Below, piece after piece: positions 41,729 through 49,828 of a stretch of 49,828 nucleotides of DNA. How positions within the stretch are numbered: the first letter of the stretch is position 1; the number at the start of each line of letters is the position of its first letter. The stretch comes from Deltaproteobacteria bacterium (GTDB lineage: Bacteria; Desulfobacterota; Syntrophia; Syntrophales; JAFGIO01): the NCBI GenBank assembly GCA_016929555.1, contig JAFGIO010000030.1:1-49828 (forward strand). Reading direction: 5' to 3'. The position numbers and the translations under genes are program-made. The notes below the pieces were generated by a model. It saw only the letters and a list, made by a program, of their open reading frames with translations, made no database searches and was not told the DNA's origin.

Positions 41729-41845
41729 CACCCCACCCCCCTCGCTTTTGATCGGGACCGTTTCGCCTCCGCTTTGACGGCCCGGTATACGTCCAAAACC
41801 ATGCCACCCCATTACAGCCTTGCGCGGGGAAGACCTTGAAAATTC

Positions 41846-43393
41846 TCATGCTTCGCGGCGTCTCCCGAAGGGGATTCCCAGTTTTCTCATCCTGTTCCGG
41901 AGGGTGTTGGGATTGATTTTGAGGATTTCCGCAGCCCCTCCCGGACCGTTCACCCTGCCCTTCGCCAGCTTCAGCACGTGCCGAATCTGCCGGGACATCG
42001 CCTCATCGAGACTAGGCGGTCCCTCTGCCGAATCCGCATCCATCGAGGTCTTCCTGGCTCGATTGAAGAAGGCCAGCTCACTGAAGGACAAAAGCTCCCT
42101 TTCATGGATCATCGCCCGTTCGATCAGATTCTCCAATTCCCGAACGTTGCCGGGCCAATGGTAGTTTGTGAGGCGATCCAATGCGCCGGGTTCCAGGCGG
42201 GGCGGCTCGGTCAAGCCCATTTCCCGATACTTCTTATGAAGGAAATGATGCACCAGGGCGGGAATATCTTCTTTTCTCTCGCGCAGGGGCGGGATGTCGA
42301 TGGGAAACACGTTGATGCGAAACCAGAGATCCTCGCGAAAATGATTCGATCGGACCATGCCCTCCAGATCCCGGTGTGTGGCGGCGACCGTGCGGATGTC
42401 CACCGTGATGGGGCTCGACCCGCCGACCCGTTCGATTTCCTTGTTCTGAAGAACCCGGAGCAGCCTGCCCTGCGCCGTCATCGGAAGATCCCCGATTTCA
42501 TCCAGAAAGATCGTGCCGCCGTGGGCCCTTTCGAAGCGCCCCCGTTTCTGGCTCAGCGCGCCGGTGAAGGCCCCCTTTTCGTGGCCGAAAAGTTCGCTGT
42601 CGATGAGGGTCTCCGGGAGGGCGCCGCAATTGACCTTGATGCAAGGACCGTTTCTACGCGGCGACAACTGGTGAATGGCATTGGCGATGACCTCCTTGCC
42701 CGTTCCGGTCTCTCCGAACAGCAGAACCGGACTGCCGAGTGGGGCGACATGGCGCACCTTATTCATCACGTCCTTTAGCCCCATGTCCCTTCCTACGATC
42801 TCTTCGCTCGTCTTGCTCAGAAGATCGAGTTCCTGCTGCAGGTAGCGGTTGTCATCGGTCAGCAGATCTTTCAACTGCACGATCTCCTCGTGCGACAGGC
42901 TGTTCGACAGGGCCATCGCGAAGGGCTCGTTGAGCTGGCGGAGCAGCCGGACGTGCTCCTGGTTGAAGACGCCTTTTGCCTGCGCTCTCAGGATGACGTA
43001 ACCGATTTCGTTGTCTTCGAGGATCAGGCGCATGATCAGAAGGGATGAATCCGGTGTGGAAAACCCCATGGGTTTGGTGATCGGATCGAGGTCGGGCCGG
43101 TTGACGATCACGACGTCCGGGACGCCGCCGCCCGCAAGGAATTGGCGGGCATTTTCGGGCAGGGTGGTCAAGGTGCCGATTTTTTTGCCGCCCATAACAT
43201 CGGCAAAGGCGACCGATCGGGCAATCCCCAAACCGGGCTCGTAAATGTTGAGGTGAACATCCGTGACCGGAATGAATTCCTGAAGGCATTTCAGGCACCG
43301 CCAGAGGGCGGTTTCGAGATTCAAACTGCTGCAGATGCTCAGTGTGGCCTTCCTGAAAAAGGTGTTTTCATCCACCGCGAAAATCCCCCGCAT
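41846..43393 (-). CDS. sigma-54-dependent Fis-family transcriptional activator with N-terminal GAF domain
   Basis: 515 aa. [33 protein letters not shown]-terminal HTH (GPGGAAEILKINPNTLRNRMRKLGI). Confidence 0.9.
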   Translation of the reverse strand: MRGIFAVDENTFFRKATLSICSSLNLETALWRCLKCLQEFIPVTDVHLNIYEPGLGIARSVAFADVMGGKKIGTLTTLPENARQFLAGGGVPDVVIVNRPDLDPITKPMGFSTPDSSLLIMRLILEDNEIGYVILRAQAKGVFNQEHVRLLRQLNEPFAMALSNSLSHEEIVQLKDLLTDDNRYLQQELDLLSKTSEEIVGRDMGLKDVMNKVRHVAPLGSPVLLFGETGTGKEVIANAIHQLSPRRNGPCIKVNCGALPETLIDSELFGHEKGAFTGALSQKRGRFERAHGGTIFLDEIGDLPMTAQGRLLRVLQNKEIERVGGSSPITVDIRTVAATHRDLEGMVRSNHFREDLWFRINVFPIDIPPLRERKEDIPALVHHFLHKKYREMGLTEPPRLEPGALDRLTNYHWPGNVRELENLIERAMIHERELLSFSELAFFNRARKTSMDADSAEGPPSLDEAMSRQIRHVLKLAKGRVNGPGGAAEILKINPNTLRNRMRKLGIPFGRRREA

Positions 43394-43530
43394 TCCAGAG
43401 GACCGTTCTTATCTTATTTGGTAATTCCAAGTGGTATTGCCTCATTCGATAACATATTTTCTCACATTTGGTAACAGTTTTTACCCATGAGAATGCCCTG
43501 GCTGATTCTTGACGGTCTCGTACAAGTCGT

Positions 43531-43544
43531 AGATCACCCTTCCC
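43531..43544. repeat. perfect 14-nt palindrome inside a G/C-run element
   Basis: TCCCCTCGAGGGGA followed by ggggtggggtgggtg. Related to the C-run/G-run elements at 872-903, 20876-20916 and 45616-45653. Confidence 0.45.
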
Positions 43545-43598
43545 CTCGAGGGGGAGGGGTGGGGTGGGTGTGAACCATTTTGAATTTGTTAATTTTTT

Positions 43599-43635
43599 GT
43601 TCACCCTTCCCTGAATCCCATCCCCTCAAGGGACG
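43599..43635. repeat. long near-perfect hairpin in the divergent regulatory region
   Basis: CCCTGAATCCC-a-TCCC-ctcaa-GGGA-c-GGGATTCAGGG: 15 paired positions. Confidence 0.5.
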
Positions 43636-43791
43636 GGATTCAGGGATTTATACGAAGGAGTCCTTATTGGTTACGATAACGTGGAATGGATCATGCGTAG
43701 ATAGAGGGTTCACAAAAGATTGAGATGGAGATCAATGTTTGAACACAGCGCCCGGCACGGGACGTTTCACCAAAGAAAGGAGAGGGACATT

Positions 43792-44613
43792 ATGGGACTT
43801 TTGGAAGGAAAAGTAGCGATCATCAGCGGTTCGGGCAGAGGCATCGGCAGGGCGGCGGCGGAGATTTTCGCCCGGGAGGGCGCTTCCGTCGTCGTCAACG
43901 ATCTGGACAAGGACCCGGCGAACGAGGTCGTCGAGTTCATCAAGGGGCGGGGCGGGAAGGCCGTCGCCTGTCCCGGGAACGTCACCGCACCGGATTTCGG
44001 TGAGAGGTTCGTCAAGACGGCCCTGGAATCCTTCGGGAGATTGGACATCATTGTAAACAATGCAGGCTACACCTGGGACGCGGTCATCCAGAACATGACG
44101 GACGAGCAGTGGTACGCCATGATCGACGTCCACGCGACGGCTCCGTTTCGGATCCTGCGGGCTGCGGCGCCCTACATCCGCAACGCCGTCAAGCAGGAAA
44201 AGGCCGCAGGGCAATACGTTCAGCGGAAGATCGTCAATGTATCGTCCCTTGCCGCTTACGGAAGCGCCGGCCAGGTGAATTACAGCGCGGGCAAGGCCGC
44301 CATGCTCGGGATCATCAAGACCCTCGCCAAGGAATGGGGCCGGTACAACGTCAACGCCAACGCCGTCGTGTACGGCTGGATCAAGACGAGGCTGACGGGA
44401 GAGAAGGAGACCTCCCAGGACATCGTCATCGAAGGCAAATCCATCGCCGTAGGCGTCCCCAAGGCGGGGATCGACAACATGCTCATGACGCTGCCCCTGG
44501 GCAGGGCGGGGACGCCGGTGGAAGCGGCATCGGCCATCTTCTTTTTCGCCTCGCCCCTGGCGGATTACGTCACCGGCCAGGTTTTGCCTGTGGACGGCGG
44601 CATGCACATCTAA
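43792..44613 (+). CDS. SDR-family oxidoreductase (FabG / 3-hydroxyacyl-CoA dehydrogenase-like)
   Basis: GSGRGIGRAAA, NNAG and YSAGKAA motifs. ATG at 43792 follows the aaggagaggg RBS. Confidence 0.85.
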   Translation: MGLLEGKVAIISGSGRGIGRAAAEIFAREGASVVVNDLDKDPANEVVEFIKGRGGKAVACPGNVTAPDFGERFVKTALESFGRLDIIVNNAGYTWDAVIQNMTDEQWYAMIDVHATAPFRILRAAAPYIRNAVKQEKAAGQYVQRKIVNVSSLAAYGSAGQVNYSAGKAAMLGIIKTLAKEWGRYNVNANAVVYGWIKTRLTGEKETSQDIVIEGKSIAVGVPKAGIDNMLMTLPLGRAGTPVEAASAIFFFASPLADYVTGQVLPVDGGMHI

Positions 44614-44629
44614 GGAATGGAGAAACATC

Positions 44630-45589
44630 ATGCTGAAAACGAGAATGACGGAATTGATGGGGATCAAATACCCCATCATTCAGGGAGGAATGGGTTGGCT
44701 CGGCTTGGCGGAGTTGGTGGCGGCCGTTTCCAATGCGGGCGGTCTTGGAGTTTTGGGTTCGGCGACCCATCCCGATCCGGAAGACCTCCGCGAAGAGATC
44801 CGCAAGGTGAAAAAGTTAACCGACAAACCCTTCGGGGTGAACATCGTCATGCTGCCGGCAATCCGAGAACTGCCGAATGACGGTTTTGTCCAGGTGATTT
44901 GCGAAGAGGGTGTGCCCGTGGTCGAGACAGCCGCCGGGAAGCCCGGGAAGTACATCGATGCCCTCAAGCGGGCGAACGTGAAGATCATGCACAAGGTGGG
45001 GTCGGTGCAGCATGCACGCAATGCACAGAAGCTCGGCTACGATGCCGTCGAAGTCGTTGGCTTCGAGAGTGCCGGATTTCCCCTGCCCGACGATGTCACC
45101 ATGTGGAACCTCATTCCCCGCATTGTGGACGCCGTTGATATTCCTGTCTCAGCCGCGGGCGGGACGACGGACTATCGCCAGCTGACGGCCGCCCTGGCCC
45201 TCGGTGCGGATTCGGTGACCTGCGGGACGGTCTTCATGGCGACAAAGGAATGTGCCGCCCATTCCAATCTGAAGCAGCGGTTGGTGGAGGCCAACGAGTA
45301 CGATACGGTCATGATCCAGCGCACGATCAACAACCAAACTCGTGTTTTCAAAAACGAACTGGCCTTGAAGGTGCTGGAGATGGAGGCACGGAAGGCGCCC
45401 TTCGAGGAGCTCGTCACGATGATCAGCGGCGAGAGGGGCCGGAGGGTTTATTTTGAAGGGGACGTGGACTACGGTACGATCTCCTGCGGCCAGGGTGTGG
45501 GCCTGATCAAGGATATTCCCACGGTCAAGGAGGTCATCGACAGGATGGTCGCGGGGGCGGAAAAGCTCCTGAAGCGACTGAGCTCATAA
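44630..45589 (+). CDS. nitronate monooxygenase / FabK-like FMN enoyl reductase family protein
   Basis: YPIIQGGMGWLG...AAVSNAGGLGVLG N-terminus and a TIM-barrel FMN pattern. 319 aa. Confidence 0.8.
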   Translation: MLKTRMTELMGIKYPIIQGGMGWLGLAELVAAVSNAGGLGVLGSATHPDPEDLREEIRKVKKLTDKPFGVNIVMLPAIRELPNDGFVQVICEEGVPVVETAAGKPGKYIDALKRANVKIMHKVGSVQHARNAQKLGYDAVEVVGFESAGFPLPDDVTMWNLIPRIVDAVDIPVSAAGGTTDYRQLTAALALGADSVTCGTVFMATKECAAHSNLKQRLVEANEYDTVMIQRTINNQTRVFKNELALKVLEMEARKAPFEELVTMISGERGRRVYFEGDVDYGTISCGQGVGLIKDIPTVKEVIDRMVAGAEKLLKRLSS

Positions 45590-45626
45590 TGGGGCCGCAG
45601 ATGATCGTTGATAGACCCCACCCTCA

Positions 45627-45653
45627 CCCCCTTGCTAATGCGGGGCAAGGGGG
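45627..45653 (+). terminator. 9-bp perfect hairpin after the reductase gene (repeat-family member)
   Basis: CCCCCTTGC-taatgcggg-GCAAGGGGG, preceded by ccccaccctcaccc, 38 nt after the stop. Confidence 0.45.
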
Positions 45654-45710
45654 ATGTATGCTTCTGTCGGTCTGCCGGATAGGAGACTGACTTATTTTCG
45701 GGAGGAAGTT

Positions 45711-46514
45711 ATGGATTACAAATATGTGGAGGTCGCCATCGAAGATCACATCGCAACGGTGGCGATGAACCGTACGGACAGCATGAACGCCCTCAATGTG
45801 CCTTTGACGGCAGATATCACGGAATCGGTCCGCGAGCTGAGCAACAACAACGAGGTGAGGGTGATCGTCCTGAAGAGCAATGCCAAAATCTTCTGTGCGG
45901 GCCTAGATCTCAAGGCCTTTGCGGGGCGCGAGATGAAAAACCCGGTCCGCGACATCATCGATATGCAGTTTGAGGATCACTATATCCTGGACTGCTGCAA
46001 CGTCCTCGAGGAATGCCGGAAGCCGGTCATCGCCGCGATCCACGGGAAATGCATCGGCGGCGGGCTGGATATGGTATGTGCCTGCGACATCCGCCTCTGC
46101 ACGGAGGATGCCTCCTTTTCGCTCCGGGAGGCCGGGATAGGTCTGGTGGCGGATATGGGCGTTCTGCAGAGGATTCCGCTGATCATCGGCCAGGGTTTCG
46201 CCCGGGAGATGGCCTACACGGCCAGGTACTACACGGCGCGGGAGGTCGAGCGCATGGGACTCGTCAACGGCGTCTTTGCCGACCAGGCTTCCCTGATGGA
46301 AGGGGCGAAGAAGCTCGCTGCGGAAATCGCGGCGAATGCCCCTCTCGCCGTCGAAGGGTCGAAGGACGTTCTGAACTACAGCCGGAACAAATCGATGGGG
46401 GACGGCATTGCCTACGCCATCCAGAAGAACCATCTGCTGTTCGGTTCGGACGATCTGAAGGAATCGATGCTGTCCTTCGCTGAGAGGAGAAAGCCCCAGT
46501 TCAAGGGTTGTTAG
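45711..46514 (+). CDS. enoyl-CoA hydratase/isomerase (crotonase) family protein
   Basis: VIVLKSNAKIFCAGLDL and IAAIHGKCIGGGLDMV oxyanion-hole segments. ATG at 45711 follows the gggagga RBS. Confidence 0.85.
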   Translation: MDYKYVEVAIEDHIATVAMNRTDSMNALNVPLTADITESVRELSNNNEVRVIVLKSNAKIFCAGLDLKAFAGREMKNPVRDIIDMQFEDHYILDCCNVLEECRKPVIAAIHGKCIGGGLDMVCACDIRLCTEDASFSLREAGIGLVADMGVLQRIPLIIGQGFAREMAYTARYYTAREVERMGLVNGVFADQASLMEGAKKLAAEIAANAPLAVEGSKDVLNYSRNKSMGDGIAYAIQKNHLLFGSDDLKESMLSFAERRKPQFKGC

Positions 46515-46603
46515 TGAAGTTTCCCTTGCAACCTTTTGAAATGAAAGGTAGAGGGGGTCTCGAATGCTGCGCGATACATTTGGCAAAGGAGAAAAGACGG
46601 GGA

Positions 46604-47818
46604 ATGAATGATCAAGCGCTATCAGGTGTGAAAATTCTCGAATACTGCAGCACGGTCACGGGTGCCTACACCGCCAAGATCATGGCCGACATGGGGGCCG
46701 AGGTGATCAAGGTGGAACCTCCGGGAAAGGGAGACGATGCCAGAAGGCATCCTCCCTTTGCCGGCGACATCCCCCATCCGGAAAAGAGCACCCTCTTTTT
46801 GTTTTTGAACAGCAACAAGCTGGGCGTTACCCTCGATGTCCGAAAGGATGAAGGGCGCGAAATCTTCAGGAAGCTCGCCGGGGATGCGGACATCCTCGTG
46901 GAGGATGGCCCTGTGGGACAGATGGAGGAGACCGGCCTGGGATACGATGTTCTGAAGGAATGGAATCCCGGCCTGATCATGATCTCCATTACCCCCTACG
47001 GACGGAGCGGACCCTACAGGGACTACAAGGCCTACCAGCTCAATCTGGCAAACACCGGCGGGCAGGCCTATCTCCAGCCCCAGCCTTCCGTGAATCTCGA
47101 TCGGCCGCCGGTCAAGCCGGGAGGCCATCTCACCGACTACGATTCCGCCCTGATGGCCGCCGTGGCCATTGTGGCCGCCTATTACCGGAAAACGATGACG
47201 GGCCGCGGCCAGTTCATCGAGATCTCCAAACAGGAAGCCATCCTCAACATGCAGCGGGTGGACACCCTCATGTTCGCCAACGCGGGAGGCGTCCTGAACC
47301 GATCGGGAAAACTCAATCCCATCCCGGGCGGCGGCGTCTTGCCCGCCAAGGACGGCCATGTCATCATCAGCGCTCCGGAGGATCACCAGTGGGACGCCCT
47401 GATGAAATTCATGGGAGATCCGGACTGGTCCAAGGAGGACTGGTGCAGGGACCGGTTCGTCCGGGCCGAAAACGCCGCGGAGCAGAAGAAGCTGATCTCG
47501 CAGTGGATGACGCAGTATCCCAAAGAACGGATATTCCATGAGGGCCAGGCCGGGAAGGTCCCCGTGGCGTCGGTCAGCACCCCGGAAGATCTGGCCGACT
47601 CGGAACAGTTGCAGGTCAGGGGGTTCTGGAGCGAAATGGACCATCCCGTTGTGGGGAAAATCAAGTTTCCCGCCTCTCCCTATCGGTTTTCCAAGACGCC
47701 CTGGCAAATGCAGCGTCCGGCGCCCATGCTGGGCGAACACAACGAGGCGATCTACAACCACAGGCTAGGATACGACCGGGCGGGGCTGGCGAGGCTGCGG
47801 GAAGAAGGCATTATATGA
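46604..47818 (+). CDS. family III (CaiB/BaiF-type) CoA-transferase, subunit 1 of an adjacent pair
   Basis: GVKILEYCSTVTGAYTAKIMADMGAEVIKVEPPGKGD, a typical family III N-terminus. 404 aa. Confidence 0.85.
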   Translation: MNDQALSGVKILEYCSTVTGAYTAKIMADMGAEVIKVEPPGKGDDARRHPPFAGDIPHPEKSTLFLFLNSNKLGVTLDVRKDEGREIFRKLAGDADILVEDGPVGQMEETGLGYDVLKEWNPGLIMISITPYGRSGPYRDYKAYQLNLANTGGQAYLQPQPSVNLDRPPVKPGGHLTDYDSALMAAVAIVAAYYRKTMTGRGQFIEISKQEAILNMQRVDTLMFANAGGVLNRSGKLNPIPGGGVLPAKDGHVIISAPEDHQWDALMKFMGDPDWSKEDWCRDRFVRAENAAEQKKLISQWMTQYPKERIFHEGQAGKVPVASVSTPEDLADSEQLQVRGFWSEMDHPVVGKIKFPASPYRFSKTPWQMQRPAPMLGEHNEAIYNHRLGYDRAGLARLREEGII

Positions 47819-47835
47819 TCGAGGGGAAAAGAACG

Positions 47836-49050
47836 ATGAACGGAGGACCTTTAGAGGGGATAAGAGTAACCGAATTCACCTCGGCCTGGGCCGGACCCTA
47901 TGCGACCGCCCTGCTGGCGATGCTGGGGGCGGAGGTCATCAAGGTAGAGAGCCGGAAACGCCCCGACTATTCCCGAACGATTTCCTTTACGTCGGGATCG
48001 CAGTTTTCGGGACTCGATGCGTCCTGGGTGTACGATTGCCTCAATCTCAACAAGAAGTGCGTCACCTTGAACCTTTCCAAGCCAAGGGCCGTGGATCTTG
48101 CGAAAAGGCTGGTTTCCGCAAGCGATGTGGTGGCGGAAAACATGCGGCCGGGTGTGATCGAAAGGCTCGGTCTCGGGTATGAAGCCTTGCGCGAATGCAA
48201 ACGGGATGTTATCTATCTTTCATCGTCGGCCTGCGGACAGACGGGCCCGGAAAGGGAATATTCGGGCTACGCTCCCGCTTTCGCCGCCATGGGGGGTGCG
48301 TCTTTCATCACGGGCTATGAAGACTGGCCGCCCAGCACCTTTTTGGGCGACATCGATTTGCGGAGCGCGACGACGGCGGCCTTCGCCATTCTGGCGGCCC
48401 TGGTCCACCGAAAAAAGTCGGGAGAGGGTCAATACATCGATCTGGCTTCCCGGGAGACGATCGCCGTCATGGTCGGTGATGTGCTGCTCGATTACACGAT
48501 GAACGGAAAGGTTCAAACCCGGCGGGGGAACAGGGAAGAGACCATGGCGCCGCACAACAACTACCGCTGCCGCGGCGACGACCGGTGGATCGGTATTGCC
48601 GTGGCCACCGAGGACGAATGGCTCGCCCTGTGCAGGGTCATGGGCAAACCGGAATTGGCGGCGGACGGGCGCTTCAGCGACCGTGACCGGCGGATTGCCA
48701 ATCAGGAGGCGCTGGACCGAATCATCAGCGACTGGACCGTGCATCACGACAGCAATGTGCTTTCGGCCATGCTTCAGAAAGAGGGCGTTGCCGCCGCCCC
48801 CTGCATGAACAGCGAGGATCTCTTCAAGGACCCCCATCTCAAGGCGAGGGAAGTCTACCAAACCGTGGAACACCCGGTGATCGGGAAGGACTGGGTTGTC
48901 GCCCCGCCCTGGAGGCTCTCGGAAACCCCGGCGGCGATCACCCGCCATGCCCCTCTGCTGGGCGAGCACAACGATCTCGTTTTTCACGAGATGCTGGGAA
49001 TGTCCCGGGAAGAAATCCAAGCGCTTGAACAGGAAGAGGTGATCTTTTAA
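47836..49050 (+). CDS. family III CoA-transferase, subunit 2 of an adjacent pair
   Basis: GPLEGIRVTEFTSAWAGPYATALLAMLGAEVIKVESRKRPD. ATG at 47836 is 9 nt after GAGGGG. The alternative ATG at 47815 overlaps the upstream stop. 404 aa from 47836. Confidence 0.85.
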   Translation: MNGGPLEGIRVTEFTSAWAGPYATALLAMLGAEVIKVESRKRPDYSRTISFTSGSQFSGLDASWVYDCLNLNKKCVTLNLSKPRAVDLAKRLVSASDVVAENMRPGVIERLGLGYEALRECKRDVIYLSSSACGQTGPEREYSGYAPAFAAMGGASFITGYEDWPPSTFLGDIDLRSATTAAFAILAALVHRKKSGEGQYIDLASRETIAVMVGDVLLDYTMNGKVQTRRGNREETMAPHNNYRCRGDDRWIGIAVATEDEWLALCRVMGKPELAADGRFSDRDRRIANQEALDRIISDWTVHHDSNVLSAMLQKEGVAAAPCMNSEDLFKDPHLKAREVYQTVEHPVIGKDWVVAPPWRLSETPAAITRHAPLLGEHNDLVFHEMLGMSREEIQALEQEEVIF

Positions 49051-49073
49051 ACATCCGAAAAGGAGGTAGGAAA

Positions 49074-49828
49074 ATGGTTTCGGAAGAATCTCATGTAAAG
49101 ATGGAAATGGTGGAGGAAGGGATCGCGCTCATCACGCTGAACCGGCCGGACCAGGGCAACGCATACACGCCGCTGATGAAGGAACAGTTGGACGGGTTTT
49201 TCCGCCAGTGCAGCGATGACGATACCGTCCGCGTGATCGTCGTGACCGGCGCCGGCCGCGCCTTCTGCGTCGGGGCGGACCTGGCGTCGGGAGGGGCATC
49301 CTTCGATGTCGATTCCGTTGCAGGAGGAGAGCCGGGAAGGGATGCGCATTTCTTCGGCTACCAGTCGAAAAAGCCCATCATCGGCGCCCTCAATGGCCAC
49401 ACCGTCGGCATAGGGCTGACCACGGCGCTGACCTGGGACTTCCTCTTTGTCGCGCAGGAGGCCAAGCTCGCCTTCCCCTTCGTCCGGCGGGGCATCGGTC
49501 CGGAGATGGGAAGCACGTACCTGCTGCCGCGGCTCGTCGGTCTGAGAAGGGCGATCGATCTGATGCTCACGGGCCGCACCTTCAGCGGGGCCGAGGCGGC
49601 AGCTTACGGCATCGCCCTGGAGGCCCTGCCCGCGGACCAGGTTCTGTCGAGGGCGATGGAGATGGCCAGGGAAATCAGGGACAACTGCGCGCCGGTAAGC
49701 ATCGCCATGGTGAAGAAGATGATCTGGGATCACCTGTGGACGACCGACTATGTCGGCGCCGCAGTCCTCGAGGATAGGAGCTGGCAATGGGCGGGAAAGC
49801 ATCCCGACGCCATGGAGGGCGTCATGTC
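49074..49828 (+). CDS. enoyl-CoA hydratase/isomerase family protein (3' end beyond window)
   Basis: Not in the ORF track because no stop is reached. AGGAGG at 49061-49066, then ATG at 49074. Reads MVSEESHVKMEMVEEGIALITLNRPDQGNAY...VVTGAGRAFCVGADL...ALNGHTVGIGL. Confidence 0.8.
   Translation, partial: MVSEESHVKMEMVEEGIALITLNRPDQGNAYTPLMKEQLDGFFRQCSDDDTVRVIVVTGAGRAFCVGADLASGGASFDVDSVAGGEPGRDAHFFGYQSKKPIIGALNGHTVGIGLTTALTWDFLFVAQEAKLAFPFVRRGIGPEMGSTYLLPRLVGLRRAIDLMLTGRTFSGAEAAAYGIALEALPADQVLSRAMEMAREIRDNCAPVSIAMVKKMIWDHLWTTDYVGAAVLEDRSWQWAGKHPDAMEGVM

Noticed and set aside
43752-43768. Sigma-54-like sequence CGGCACgggacgTTTCA upstream of the SDR gene. Similar weak matches are at 7341-7356 (CGGCAC-attgc-TTTCA) and 41791-41806 (minus strand).
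   Set aside because: The first has GG-to-(G)C spacing off by 1 nt. All three lack the conserved -12 GC dinucleotide, and two lack the 5' T. They are not good enough to call as promoters.

Overview
High-GC (roughly 60-64% by eye) chromosomal window with the look of an anaerobic Desulfobacterota/deltaproteobacterium-type genome; that taxonomic guess is inference only. I support 38 protein-coding genes or gene relics. I found no rRNA, tRNA, CRISPR array, transposase, integrase or phage genes.

The core (2.1-28.4 kb) is dominated by glutamine-centred nitrogen metabolism: hisH-hisF, pdxS-pdxT, a three-gene split glutamate synthase, glnA, carA-guaA-carB and purF. A membrane GGDEF sensor and a GAF/sigma-54 (NifA-like) activator sit just upstream of a sigma-54-type promoter in front of the glutamate synthase genes. 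ald and an M29 aminopeptidase follow.

The right-hand third is more accessory:
- a low-GC Na/Pi-PhoU transporter gene
- a metallo-beta-lactamase-fold (MBL) variant in an operon with a tandem C_GCAxxG_C_C protein
- MATE and methyltransferase genes
- a secreted two-domain protein next to a lipoprotein hydrolase
- a carboxyltransferase gene relic
- a second GAF/sigma-54 activator, divergent from an acyl-CoA cluster (SDR, FabK/NMO-like reductase, two crotonases, two adjacent family III CoA-transferases)

The most notable single observation is an in-frame TAG at 20459-20461 inside an otherwise intact, fully conserved glnA reading frame.

Other points:
- guaA is wedged between carA and carB.
- A MoaD/ThiF (SAMP/UbaA-like) pair follows a methyltransferase relic.
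- Two small intergenic hairpin-repeat families are present.
- The divergent regulatory region at 43.4-43.8 kb is rich in palindromes.

I see no convincing evidence for a complete novel multi-gene system such as a defence island. The many long antisense ORFs are high-GC shadow ORFs.
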